From: an uncultured Eubacterium sp. | Lineage (GTDB): Bacteria; Bacillota; Clostridia; Lachnospirales; Lachnospiraceae | Assembly: GCA_964445535.1 (NCBI GenBank) | Contig: CAYULX010000001.1 | Span: forward strand, 647 to 64,646 | Reading direction: 5' to 3' | DNA length: 64,000 bases | Part shown: piece after piece, positions 30,937-40,183 of the stretch | Position numbering within the stretch: position 1 is the stretch's first letter | Layout: each line of letters opens with the position of its first letter | Position numbers and translations under genes: made by a program | Notes under the pieces: model-generated | The model's input: the letters and a program-made list of their open reading frames with translations, nothing else | Told to the model about the DNA's origin: nothing | Database searches by the model: none

Positions 30937-31500
30937 ATGCCAGACTTACAGACACAACCGGAAATTATCACTTTAGAACAGTACGAAAATCTTCCTGAAG
31001 GCACCAGAATTGAGGTTTTTGACGGCGTGGCATGTGACTGCACAATTCCATCTCAGATTCACCAAACCATTCTCACGGAACTTCTCGTTTCTATTCGTGC
31101 TTATTTGAAATCCAAAGGGGACAAGTGCCGGGTATTTCCTGCGCCTTTTGATGTAAAGCTCTCCAACAAGCCTCTGACCATCGTTCAGCCGGATATTATG
31201 ATTGTCTGTGACAAAGACAAACTGGATGGAAAGCGCTGCAATGGCGCTCCGGATTTTATTATTGAGATTGTTTCGCCGGGTAATCCGACAGACGATTACA
31301 TTCGCAAGTTATATTATTATAAGAAGTACGGAGTAAGAGAATACTGGATTGTTGACCTGAAGCGGAAAGCTGTGACTGTGTACTTTTTTGAAGCAAATGT
31401 TCTGAGTGTACCATATACTTTTGATTCCACGATTAAAGTCAATATTTACGATGACTTATATATCAATTTCCCGGAGATTGCCGATTTGCTGGATAGGTGA
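30937..31500 (+). CDS. Uma2 family (DUF820) putative endonuclease
   Basis: MPDLQ...HQ...VQPDIMIVCD...GAPDFIIEIVSP...YGVREYWIVD; no RBS before the ATG. Confidence 0.85.
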   Translation: MPDLQTQPEIITLEQYENLPEGTRIEVFDGVACDCTIPSQIHQTILTELLVSIRAYLKSKGDKCRVFPAPFDVKLSNKPLTIVQPDIMIVCDKDKLDGKRCNGAPDFIIEIVSPGNPTDDYIRKLYYYKKYGVREYWIVDLKRKAVTVYFFEANVLSVPYTFDSTIKVNIYDDLYINFPEIADLLDR

Positions 31501-31661
31501 ATATCCATCAGGCCCTGAAAAGGGTACGGTTCGCACCGTATCCCGTTCTTGCTGCCAGGAATGTACCTCCACTCAGATTCCATATTTTCCCCTTATATTT
31601 TGAATTTCCTTCTCTCCGTCAGACGTTTGTCCGTCTTTTACATTTTCTATGGCTCCTATAA

Positions 31662-32336
31662 TTATTTTTCCTCGCCAATATCTTTTTTCATGGCAAAGTA
31701 CCCGATCAGCACCGTCCACACATAGGCGCATGTTTTTGGAATCATCAACATTCCGATCATCGGGATGGCGTCCGCCCACAGCACCACAGGAATGTAGAAC
31801 GCAAAGCTCAGCACGATGGTCAGCCACATCCAGCGAAATGCCTTATCTTCATGAATTCTGGCGCTGCGGTAAAACAGTACGATTATCACAAGTCCCAGCA
31901 GGGCAAATGGGATGTTTCGGTAAATTCCCCAGGAAAGGGGAGCTTCGGCGCTGAACCACTGGTTCTGCGGCATCATGCATAAGAGGATTCTCATACCGGC
32001 CAGGATGTACACGATGGCGGTAAGTCCGGTTTCCCCCTGAATCTTATACCGCTGCCGCCACACATAGTAAAGCAGCACATAAAAAATCGTCATTGTCACG
32101 GATGTGATCCATTTTCCAAGGCCCAGAGGCGCAATGTAATTCTCCAGGCCGGTGGTACAGAGGGCAACGGCCCGGGGAACAAGGTGAAAGGCATCACCGG
32201 CTCCCAGTACCACCGCCATTGATCCAAAGAGACGGAACTGACGGTTCCCTTTGCTGCCGCGGATCATTAAAATTCCAGTTGTAATGACAAAAACTAAATA
32301 AACAATATCAAATAGTGTTTCTCCAATTGCTTGCAT
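31662..32336 (-). CDS. Hypothetical polytopic membrane protein
   Basis: 224 aa, about 7 hydrophobic segments, RBS AAGGAG. Confidence 0.75.
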   Translation of the reverse strand: MQAIGETLFDIVYLVFVITTGILMIRGSKGNRQFRLFGSMAVVLGAGDAFHLVPRAVALCTTGLENYIAPLGLGKWITSVTMTIFYVLLYYVWRQRYKIQGETGLTAIVYILAGMRILLCMMPQNQWFSAEAPLSWGIYRNIPFALLGLVIIVLFYRSARIHEDKAFRWMWLTIVLSFAFYIPVVLWADAIPMIGMLMIPKTCAYVWTVLIGYFAMKKDIGEEK

Positions 32337-32360
32337 GATTTTCTCTCCTTTATTTTTAAT

Positions 32361-32375
32361 CTGAACATTGTTCAG
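32361..32375. promoter_or_regulatory. Palindromic operator CTGAACA-T-TGTTCAG
   Basis: Perfect 7-1-7 inverted repeat 25 bp upstream of the membrane gene; same core upstream of the TetR gene. Confidence 0.7.
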
Positions 32376-32453
32376 TTTACGACATAAAAAATCCTCACAT
32401 CATCGTGAGAATTTTCTAAAGTCCATTAGTTTTTATATTTTCAGCTGCCTTTT

Positions 32454-33023
32454 TCAATCAGCTTTTTCATAAAGGGTCCGCCGGATCATTTCCAGCACTG
32501 CGCTCGGATCATAGTCTTCCCGAATCAAAGCAAACAGTATCAGGGAAAATAGGATATCGGCAAAATTCTCCACTGTAAACTGCTCTGTGAAGGCATCCGA
32601 CTGGATCTTTGTATCCCGTTTTAAGACCGAGCACAATTCATCCAAAATGTGCTGCCAGGTCCGGTGCATCCGCCGTTTTCCGTCGGATTTCTCTTCCTGC
32701 ATAAATCCCAGAGAATGCAAAGTAAAAAATCCGGGGTATTGTCTGCGGCCATATTCCATCTGTCCGTATATCCATGTGATGCAGGCTTGTGTGTCCTGAA
32801 AGACGGTCTCATCTTCCGGATGGTGAAAAATCTCATACCAGACACTTTCCACCGCAGCCTCCATTAGCTCCGCTTTGGAATCAAAATAATTGTAAATAGA
32901 GCCCACGGATACGCCGCAGGCGGCAGCCACAGAGCGGATATTGACCGCCGACCAGCCTTGCTGCTGAATCATCTCCCGGCTGGTTTTCAATATTTCTTCT
33001 TTTGATGTTACGATCGTATTCAT
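32454..33023 (-). CDS. TetR/AcrR family transcriptional regulator
   Basis: HTH IRSVAAACGVSVGSIYNYFDSK. Confidence 0.92.
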   Translation of the reverse strand: MNTIVTSKEEILKTSREMIQQQGWSAVNIRSVAAACGVSVGSIYNYFDSKAELMEAAVESVWYEIFHHPEDETVFQDTQACITWIYGQMEYGRRQYPGFFTLHSLGFMQEEKSDGKRRMHRTWQHILDELCSVLKRDTKIQSDAFTEQFTVENFADILFSLILFALIREDYDPSAVLEMIRRTLYEKAD

Positions 33024-33037
33024 TTCATCACCTCAAT

Positions 33038-33079
33038 ATGAACATTGTTCATTATACGGAGAGGTACATTTCCTGTCAA
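33038..33079 (-). promoter_or_regulatory. TetR promoter with overlapping operator
   Basis: TTGACA (33074-79)-N17-TATAAT (33051-56); ATGAACA-T-TGTTCAT at 33038-33052 overlaps the -10 and start site. Confidence 0.75.
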
Positions 33080-33225
33080 GATAAAAACAGCAATTTACAG
33101 AAGCCTACATGCAAATGGGTCCTCGAAAGCATCATCACATTTTAACGTTCAATGATAAAAAGTCTTCTTGAAACTTCCTTTTTTGTGGTATCATTACATG
33201 AAAACTCATATAGGAGGAAAATACC

Positions 33226-33348
33226 ATGCTGATTAATTTCAATGAAATACAGGAACTTACCGTCCCGGGAATGAACGGCGGAACCGGTGAGATGACCGCA
33301 AAAATGTACATGGGTGACAACGGAAAATGTATAATTTCTTTATGGTAA
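33226..33348 (+). pseudogene. Truncated 5' end of a probable cupin-domain gene (40 codons)
   Basis: AGGAGG RBS, then MLINFNEIQELTVPGMNGGTGEMTAKMYMGDNGK, resembling the N-terminus of small clostridial cupin proteins as recalled; stops soon after. Confidence 0.6.
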
Positions 33349-33354
33349 AAAACT

Positions 33355-34221
33355 CTACTTCAAAACAAACTGTCCCGTACTTTTCACAAATGTAAATGTA
33401 TGCTCTATGTAGTCATGATAACCTTTGGAAAAATCAGAGGTAAGACCGATACATTCTCCTGAATTCTGCTGCTTAAATACCATATAATTTTCTGAAATGT
33501 AAGGCTCGTAGGATTCACCATTTCTGACGCCCAGAATGACCGAAAGACTTCCGCTGCCATGGGCTGAAATCTCCCATACGATAAATTTTTTGCCGGAAAT
33601 CGAAATAAAATATTTGTCATTTCCACTGGCCTCATTTTTCTGCTGCAACAGCCATCCATAGAGATTGACGCCTCTTTTCGTCGTCGCCCGAATACATTTG
33701 ACAGTTCCGGCTGAATTGATAAAATATATTTTTACATCCGTATATCCACCGTATCCATCACTGGTTCCCGTTATGCCAAAGGCCTCCTTGGTTCCATTCC
33801 CATCATAATCCGCCGCCAGAAAGTGAATCGATTTTTCCCCGGCGGATTTTACGTAAGTATTCCATGCGGATTTTAACTTGGCAGAGCCTGTGGTCTTTTG
33901 GGCAGTCGCCTTCTTCACTACAACTTTACAGCGCAGTTTTTTCTTTCCCACTTTAGCGATAATGGTGGTGGTTCCTTTCTTTTTTGCTTTCACAACTCCT
34001 TTTTGATTCACAGAAGCAACCGCTTTATTTTTGCTGGACCATTTGACTTTCTTTGCTGTATTTTTCACTTTCAATTTCTTTTTACTGCCCACCGTCAGTG
34101 TGATTTTTGTCTTATTCAACTTAGGCGCCGCCTTGGCGTTTACAGAAAAGCCCGCCCCCAGTATAAAAAATACAAAAGATGCCATTAATATTTTGCATAT
34201 CATTTCTTTTTTGCTTTTCAT
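33355..34221 (-). CDS. Secreted protein with Ig-like (Big_2) domain
   Basis: Signal peptide ending AKA; KLNKTKITLTVG...KWSSKNKAVASVNQKGVVKAKKKG; DYDGNG motif in the C-terminal domain. Confidence 0.85.
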   Translation of the reverse strand: MKSKKEMICKILMASFVFFILGAGFSVNAKAAPKLNKTKITLTVGSKKKLKVKNTAKKVKWSSKNKAVASVNQKGVVKAKKKGTTTIIAKVGKKKLRCKVVVKKATAQKTTGSAKLKSAWNTYVKSAGEKSIHFLAADYDGNGTKEAFGITGTSDGYGGYTDVKIYFINSAGTVKCIRATTKRGVNLYGWLLQQKNEASGNDKYFISISGKKFIVWEISAHGSGSLSVILGVRNGESYEPYISENYMVFKQQNSGECIGLTSDFSKGYHDYIEHTFTFVKSTGQFVLK

Positions 34222-35298
34222 AGAATTCCCCTTTCCTTAATCAAAACCTTCTTCCCATCAAAGGCAAAACCCAGATGCCGGATCGCCCTTCTTTTTCGGC
34301 TCCGCCTTGCCGGACGGATTCCTGAACCAGTTCTGTATCATTTTCCCCACTTCCAGATTGATCAGGGACAATTCATAATTCTGATTATCATCCAGCGCCT
34401 GAAAGACTGTCTGTTCATCTATTTCCGTCTGCAAATGCTCCCCTGCCAAGAGATGTTCCATGGATATTTTTATATCCAGGCCGGCTTCCTGAATCAGTTT
34501 GCTGACCAGGCTGTTAGAGCTGGAATTGACCCAGTACAGCCTTATCTTTTTCTCTTCCAGAAAATTCGTGATAGACCACGGATTATAGATGTCCCTGTGT
34601 TTGCCAAAGGTAAATCCGTCATACCATTCCTTCACTTTCTGCTTTTGATCTCCCAGACCGGCAGCGTCCAGCGCACGAAAAACTTCTTCCTCCGTAAATC
34701 CAAAGCAGTCGTCGTATTTTTCTGAAGTTGTCGCCACCACCGTCAGATTATTGAGATCTGAAAAAATGGATTCTTTGCTCACTCTGGTAATCCCCGTCAT
34801 GATGGCTCGCTCTACATAGGGATTGGTTTTGAACGATGCGTTAAATATACTTCGCATAAAAGCGGCCATTTCATCCCAGAATCCATGGACATAGGCTTCC
34901 TGCATGGGCGTGTCATATTCGTCCAGAAGAAGCAGTACCTTCTTAAATTATAATAACGGCTCAGATAATCCGACAAATTATAAATGGCCATGGCGGCTGC
35001 CGCATCGGTCATAGACGTTCCCACGCTCGCAAAATATTTACGCTCATTTTCAGTGAGAATATCGTCCTGCAGCAGAAAACGAAATTGTTGATACACATTT
35101 TCCAAAAGCAGTGGAAAAAAAGCAGTTCAACATACTCATATTCAAAGTCTTGCCAAAACGCCGGGGCCTGGTTATCAGTGTCACACTGTCCCTGTTCTCC
35201 CACCATTCTTTGATGAAGGCTGTTTTATCTATATAGAAGCATCGCTGCGTCCGGATACTCTCAAAATCCTGATTTCCGATGGAAATATTCAGATTCAC
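34218..35298 (-). pseudogene. AAA-ATPase-like / PD-(D/E)XK nuclease family gene, serially deleted
   Basis: Colinear fragments in changing frames: SIGNQDF..YIDKT..TRPRRFGKTLNMSM; LENVYQQFRF; KKVLLLLDEYDTPMQEAY..TGITRVSKESIFSDLNN..YNPWSI; YELSLINLEV; PSGKAEP; terminal IRHLGFAFDGKKVLI. Confidence 0.85.
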
Positions 35299-35463
35299 GA
35301 ACCCACCCCCTGTCTTCTTTTCTTTCATCTGGCAAATATTTCGTTTGTTCCTTTTATTTTAATGGAAACAAAAGGGGATTTCAACTGATAAGCTATGGAT
35401 ATGCTCTGACAACCTTCGTTTTCTTGAAAACCAATTGCTACCATATCAGGATATCGGGCATCT

Positions 35464-36027
35464 TTATAAGACCGGCTCGATCACCGCCCGGAAATAGCGG
35501 TCCAGCTCCGCCGGCGTCTGTTTCATGCGGCCTTTAATCCACCAGAGCACCATTTCCACGAAGCTACCGGAAATGTGATTGACCAGAAAATCCTGCGGTA
35601 TGTCCATGTTATTGATTCTGTTCTGATTCACAAACTGCGATTGCACCAGTTCATTCAGACTGTTTTTAAAATACCGCAGAAAAATTTCGCTGCTTTCACA
35701 AGAAAGCAGCCCAAGGATATTTTTATCATTTTCCTGTAAATGCTGCAGCAAATGACAGAACACAGATTCCGGTGCGCTTGCATCGGAATATAATCCATGG
35801 GTATGGGTACAATCCATAGCGCTGTCAATGATATGTCCAAACAACTCTTCGCACAGTTCTTTTAATAAATCATCCTTCGTTTCAAAATGTGCATAAAATG
35901 TGGTTCGCCCCACATTGGCTTCGTCAATAATATTTTGTACTGTAATTTTATTATAAGATTTTTCCGCCAGAAGGCTGCCAAAGGCAGAGAAAATCGCTGC
36001 TCTCGTTTTCTGCTGACGTCTGTCCAT
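35464..36027 (-). CDS. TetR/AcrR family transcriptional regulator
   Basis: MDRRQQKTR...ITVQNIIDEANVGRTTFYAHFETK; divergent from the P-type ATPase. Confidence 0.92.
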   Translation of the reverse strand: MDRRQQKTRAAIFSAFGSLLAEKSYNKITVQNIIDEANVGRTTFYAHFETKDDLLKELCEELFGHIIDSAMDCTHTHGLYSDASAPESVFCHLLQHLQENDKNILGLLSCESSEIFLRYFKNSLNELVQSQFVNQNRINNMDIPQDFLVNHISGSFVEMVLWWIKGRMKQTPAELDRYFRAVIEPVL

Positions 36028-36210
36028 AAGAACTCCTCCCGTGCAAATGTGTCAAACCCGATGCTAACAAAATAACTATGCTAAAGACAACTTCTCCAAT
36101 ATAAACATGCTGGAAACAAATATTCTAAAATGTTCCGTATGGAACATCTGATAACAATTATCCATTGTTTTCCCCCTGGCTCTTTCATAGAATAAAAAGA
36201 AACAAAATGT

Positions 36211-36253
36211 TTGTTATCAAATTTATTGTACGGTATAATTCTTTTCCTGTCAA
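36211..36253. promoter_or_regulatory. Overlapping divergent SigA-type promoters (TetR and ATPase)
   Basis: Plus strand TTGTTA (36211)-N17-TATAAT (36234); minus strand TTGACA (36248-53)-N17-TACAAT (36225-30). Confidence 0.65.
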
Positions 36254-36298
36254 TAAAAAGACCTGGAACCAAAAGCCGTACAGATTGGAGGGGTGATA

Positions 36299-38218
36299 AT
36301 GTTAGAAAAAATCAATACTTTTCTGTCCGGGCTTCCCATGACCATTGTGGCGGGGGTATTTCTGCTGCTGGATCTGATTCCCCATGTAATGGAAGAGTTT
36401 GGAAGCGCTCCTGTTCATCTGAACTTTCTTCCCTTTGACCCGGCTTGGGTGACGGTCATCATCAGTGGTATCCCGCTGCTCTATCTGGCCATGTGGCGAA
36501 TTATCTACAATCCGGGCATCAGCAAAATATCTTCTGCTCTCTTGATCACCATTGCCATGTTTGCCGCCATCGCCATCGGCGATCTGTTCGCGGCAGGGGA
36601 AGTTGTCTTTATTATGGCCATCGGCGCCATTTTAGAAGAAATGACAACGAAGCGTGCCAGAAAGGGCTTGAATACTCTAATCCGCCTGGCGCCAACCCAG
36701 GGACGCCGGATAAAGGGCGGCAAAGAAGAAATGATTCCGGCAGAGGAGATTCGCCGGGGAGATATTTTACGGATTCTGCCGGGAGAAGCCATTCCCGTGG
36801 ATGGAACTATCGTGTCCGGGGAAACTTCCGTTGATCAGTCTATCATGACCGGGGAATCCCTCCCCGTGGACAAAACCGTGGGGGATGATGTTTTCTGCGG
36901 CACCATCAATCGTTTTGGCGTCGTTGATATCACCGCCACCAAAGTTGGTGAGGACAGTTCTTTGCAAAAGTTGATCCGCATGGTGCAGGACGCGGAAAAA
37001 AAACAGGCTCCCATGCAACGAATTGCCGACAAGGCAGCCAGTTGGCTTGTACCCGTCGCCTTGCTGATTGCCATAGGCGCTTATGTGGGAACCGGAAATA
37101 TCGTGACCGCCGTAACTGTGCTGGTGGTTTTCTGTCCTTGCGCCCTTGTGCTGGCAACTCCTACCGCCATCATGGCGGCAATCGGTCAGGCTACCAAACA
37201 TGGAGTTATCATCAAATCCGGCGAAGCTCTGGAAAAGATGGGAAAGGTGGACACCATTGCCTTCGATAAAACCGGCACCCTGACCTACGGCCGCCTGAAT
37301 GCCAGTGATATTCTTTCCTTTGACCAGAATCTGGACGAACAGACTTTACTGGCTCTGGCAGCCTCCGCAGAAGCAAAAAGCGAGCATCCCCTTGGAAAAG
37401 CAATTGTTTCCTGTGCCAGAGAAAAAGGGTTGTCCCTGACTGAATCATCAGCCTTCAAAATGATCGCCGGCCGGGGAATCTACGCGGAAGTTTCCCAGTG
37501 GAAACTATTCTGCGGCAGCGAAGCATTTTTGGAAGAAAATGGGATTGTTCTGCATAATACAGTTCAAGACACGGATGCCGTCCGAGCCATACTGGAGCGG
37601 CTGCGCTCGCAGGGAAAAGCTTCAATTCTTGTGGCTGACGCGGACAGAAAGCAGTGTATTGGCGTCATCGCCCTGACCGACGTGCTGCGCCCAGAAGCAA
37701 AAGACATGGTATCTCGACTTACTGCCATGCATACCCGCACCGTACTTCTCACAGGCGATAACAGAAAAACTGCCGACTATTTTTCCAGACAAGCAGGCAT
37801 ATCCGAAGTCCGGGCAGAACTGCTGCCAGAAGAAAAAGTACAAAATATTGAAAAAATACAACAGGAGAATCATAAAGTATGTATGATTGGTGATGGCGTT
37901 AATGATGCGCCGGCTCTCAAAACCGCAGATGTAAGCGTAGCCATGGGCAGTATGGGAAGTGACATTGCCGTGGACGCCGCGGATATTGCCCTGATGAGTG
38001 ACGACCTTTCCAAAATTCCATACCTGAAACGGCTGTCTAACGCCACAGTAGCTACCATCAAATTCAGCATAACTTTATCCATGTGCATCAACTTCGTGGC
38101 TATCCTTCTCTCCCTGCTGAGTATGCTCAATCCTACTACCGGGGCGCTGGTGCATAACGCCGGTTCCTGCCTGGTAGTATTCATTGCCGCATTGCTGTAT
38201 GACAGGAAGTTTGAATAA
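36299..38218 (+). CDS. Heavy-metal translocating P1B-type ATPase lacking an N-terminal metal-binding domain
   Basis: TGES, CPC, DKTGTLT, SEHP, GDGVNDAP; last TM has HNAGS. Confidence 0.93.
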   Translation: MLEKINTFLSGLPMTIVAGVFLLLDLIPHVMEEFGSAPVHLNFLPFDPAWVTVIISGIPLLYLAMWRIIYNPGISKISSALLITIAMFAAIAIGDLFAAGEVVFIMAIGAILEEMTTKRARKGLNTLIRLAPTQGRRIKGGKEEMIPAEEIRRGDILRILPGEAIPVDGTIVSGETSVDQSIMTGESLPVDKTVGDDVFCGTINRFGVVDITATKVGEDSSLQKLIRMVQDAEKKQAPMQRIADKAASWLVPVALLIAIGAYVGTGNIVTAVTVLVVFCPCALVLATPTAIMAAIGQATKHGVIIKSGEALEKMGKVDTIAFDKTGTLTYGRLNASDILSFDQNLDEQTLLALAASAEAKSEHPLGKAIVSCAREKGLSLTESSAFKMIAGRGIYAEVSQWKLFCGSEAFLEENGIVLHNTVQDTDAVRAILERLRSQGKASILVADADRKQCIGVIALTDVLRPEAKDMVSRLTAMHTRTVLLTGDNRKTADYFSRQAGISEVRAELLPEEKVQNIEKIQQENHKVCMIGDGVNDAPALKTADVSVAMGSMGSDIAVDAADIALMSDDLSKIPYLKRLSNATVATIKFSITLSMCINFVAILLSLLSMLNPTTGALVHNAGSCLVVFIAALLYDRKFE

Positions 38219-38450
38219 GAAGGTATCTACTTTCTCACCGTCCACCGTCCCTTTCCTCCGGCTCCGTCAAAAAAAGTACTTCAGAAAGGGCCTTGACAAT
38301 ACGTTGAATCATTTTTTCCTCATCCTGCCACGCAAACATCCGGCCGCACACAAGCTTCCCTGAAAAATCACAGAGTTAGACGGTTGCTCGTAAGACAGTA
38401 ATTCTAAAAAATTACTATTTTACGGCATCTTTCTGGCAGGATTGGACAAC

Positions 38451-38492
38451 AAAACAGGTGGCACTCAACTTTGATTGGGTGCCACCTGTTTT
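38451..38492. terminator. Bidirectional intrinsic terminator-like hairpin
   Basis: AAAACAGGTGGCAC...GTGCCACCTGTTTT perfect 14-bp arms. Confidence 0.7.
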
Positions 38493-38560
38493 TGCATGTT
38501 TAAAGGGCAGAAAATGCTTATTCCTTACCCTGCTTGCCAAGTGTGAATGATACAGTACAC

Positions 38561-39917
38561 TAGTATAATCCATTTTAATTAGTTTGTTGTTTTGATCTGC
38601 GCTTAATGGGCTTTGGCGCACGTTTGCCGCAAAGTTCTTTTGAGGCTGCTTTAGCATTGACAACTTCATACACGATCTCATTGATGTCTTCTGTTTCCAA
38701 ATCTATGCTGTCAAGGTTATATGACCAATGGTAGGGCACCGGAACCTGATTGATCTCATCAAAATACCGATAGATCCGTTCCTCTAATTCAGCTTTGCTA
38801 TTGACTCGCAGCTCCCGTAACATCTGTTTCGTGAGCTTGCTGAAAAAACCTTCTATCATATTCAGCCAAGAACCATGTGTCGGTGTAAACACAAATTCAA
38901 ACCGGCCGATATGTTCATTCAGATACTTCTGTGTTTCCTTCGATGTATGAGCTGAGTGATTGTCAAGGATGAGACGTATTTTATCTCCTTCCGGATACTT
39001 TGCATCTAAACGCCTCAAAAACTCAACAAAATCAGAGCTTTTATGCGTATCACTTATGAAAGGGATCGCTTCTCCTGTAAGCAGATCGATCGCTGCAAGC
39101 ATGGACAGTGTGCCGTAGCGTATATACTCGTAATCCCTTAGATAGCTGCTGTTTTTCTCCGTATTGCCGATGGGCGGCAGACCCGGTGATGTGTTCCCTA
39201 TTGCCTGAATCCCTGGTTTTTCATCATAGGATAAAATATGGATCGGAGTTCCATCAAAAGGGAGCAGATTTCCATCTTCATCAAATTGGAGGGAAACCTG
39301 TTTGTAGATGACGAGTACATCGTGCATCTTGGAATCAAAATCAGTATCCCTTCTTTCGCAGTAGTAAGACACTTTAAAAGGACGGATTTTCGCATTTGCA
39401 AGGATTTTTCTGAGCGAGGATTCCGAAACATGTTCCAGACGAGGATGCCCTTCTTCTACTGCAACAGCCCGGATAAAACGTGTAAAACTTGCAGGATACC
39501 AAAATTCAGCGGAATACCCATGGTCCGTTGGCTTTTGACAGGCTTTATTGATCACCCAGGTAATGTCATCATCTGAAATTTCCTGTTTCCGTCCTTTGCC
39601 TTTGCAATCATTTAAAGCATTTTCAATGCCTGCAGCAGAGTATTTTTGGAGACACAAACGAACCGTAGGAACCGTTATATCAAGCTTATCAGCAATAGCC
39701 TCATTAGAATAAGAAGCATTCTTCAAAAGCAAGATTTTAGCACGTATATATTTTCTTGCTTCCGTTGTTGGACAACGGAGGATATCTTCCAGGATTTGCT
39801 TTTCATCAGATGTTACTTCTATACTTTTTATTCTATTCGGCATAATATATTCCCCTTTCCTTATAGGAATATTATAACGCTTTTGAAACACAAATTCAAT
39901 TAAAATGAACTATATTA
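38561..39917 (-). mobile_element. IS630-family insertion sequence with TA duplication
   Basis: Terminal IRs GTATAATCCATTTTAATT (38563-80) and AATTAAAATGAACTATAT (39898-915), 15/18 match; flanked by TA at 38561-62 and 39916-17; empty site reconstructs as CTAG. Confidence 0.88.
38575..39843 (-). CDS. IS630 family transposase
   Basis: HTH N-terminus; DDE residues in YDEKPGIQ, LILDNHSAH, WLNMIEGFF; single frame; start MPNRIK with RBS GGAAAGGGG. Confidence 0.93.
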   Translation of the reverse strand: MPNRIKSIEVTSDEKQILEDILRCPTTEARKYIRAKILLLKNASYSNEAIADKLDITVPTVRLCLQKYSAAGIENALNDCKGKGRKQEISDDDITWVINKACQKPTDHGYSAEFWYPASFTRFIRAVAVEEGHPRLEHVSESSLRKILANAKIRPFKVSYYCERRDTDFDSKMHDVLVIYKQVSLQFDEDGNLLPFDGTPIHILSYDEKPGIQAIGNTSPGLPPIGNTEKNSSYLRDYEYIRYGTLSMLAAIDLLTGEAIPFISDTHKSSDFVEFLRRLDAKYPEGDKIRLILDNHSAHTSKETQKYLNEHIGRFEFVFTPTHGSWLNMIEGFFSKLTKQMLRELRVNSKAELEERIYRYFDEINQVPVPYHWSYNLDSIDLETEDINEIVYEVVNAKAASKELCGKRAPKPIKRRSKQQTN

Positions 39918-39941
39918 GTCTTTTTCCTCTGTTCTGTACAC

Positions 39942-39969
39942 TTGATTTCTAATCAGGATATCGTATAAT
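39942..39969 (+). promoter_or_regulatory. SigA-type promoter facing a gene-free interval
   Basis: TTGATT-N16-TATAAT. Confidence 0.5.
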
Positions 39970-40018
39970 TTTTATACACAAAATCGTCAAGAAGAAAGCG
40001 AAAGTAATATATTTATGA

Positions 40019-40183
40019 AATTTCGTGCGAAAACAGTGGCAGAATCCAAAGTAGAAACGGGATCTAATCAACCGGGCTTTCCTCACAGAAATCGACCTCG
40101 GTGAGGACAACAAGCCGTCCACACTGCCCCGCCTGATTCTTGAGACAGAAAGAAGATCGTAAAGAATGGGAGCGGACGGAAAT
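40019..40183 (+). ncRNA. Candidate structured small RNA (possibly 6S RNA-like)
   Basis: Nested complementarity: ATTTCGTGCG/CGGACGGAAAT, GATCT/AGATC, AATCA/TGATT, GGCTT/AAGCC, CCTCAC/GTGAGG; promoter upstream and a T-run at about 40224 downstream; no plus-strand gene follows. Confidence 0.4.

Noticed and set aside
38235-38339. 34-codon minus-strand ORF MFAWQDEEKMIQRIVKALSEVL...
   Set aside because: It may be a gene remnant, but I could not assign a family and there is no RBS.
30126-38560. Integrative element or prophage spanning the accessory block
   Set aside because: No integrase, relaxase, phage genes, tRNA target or flanking att repeats were found.
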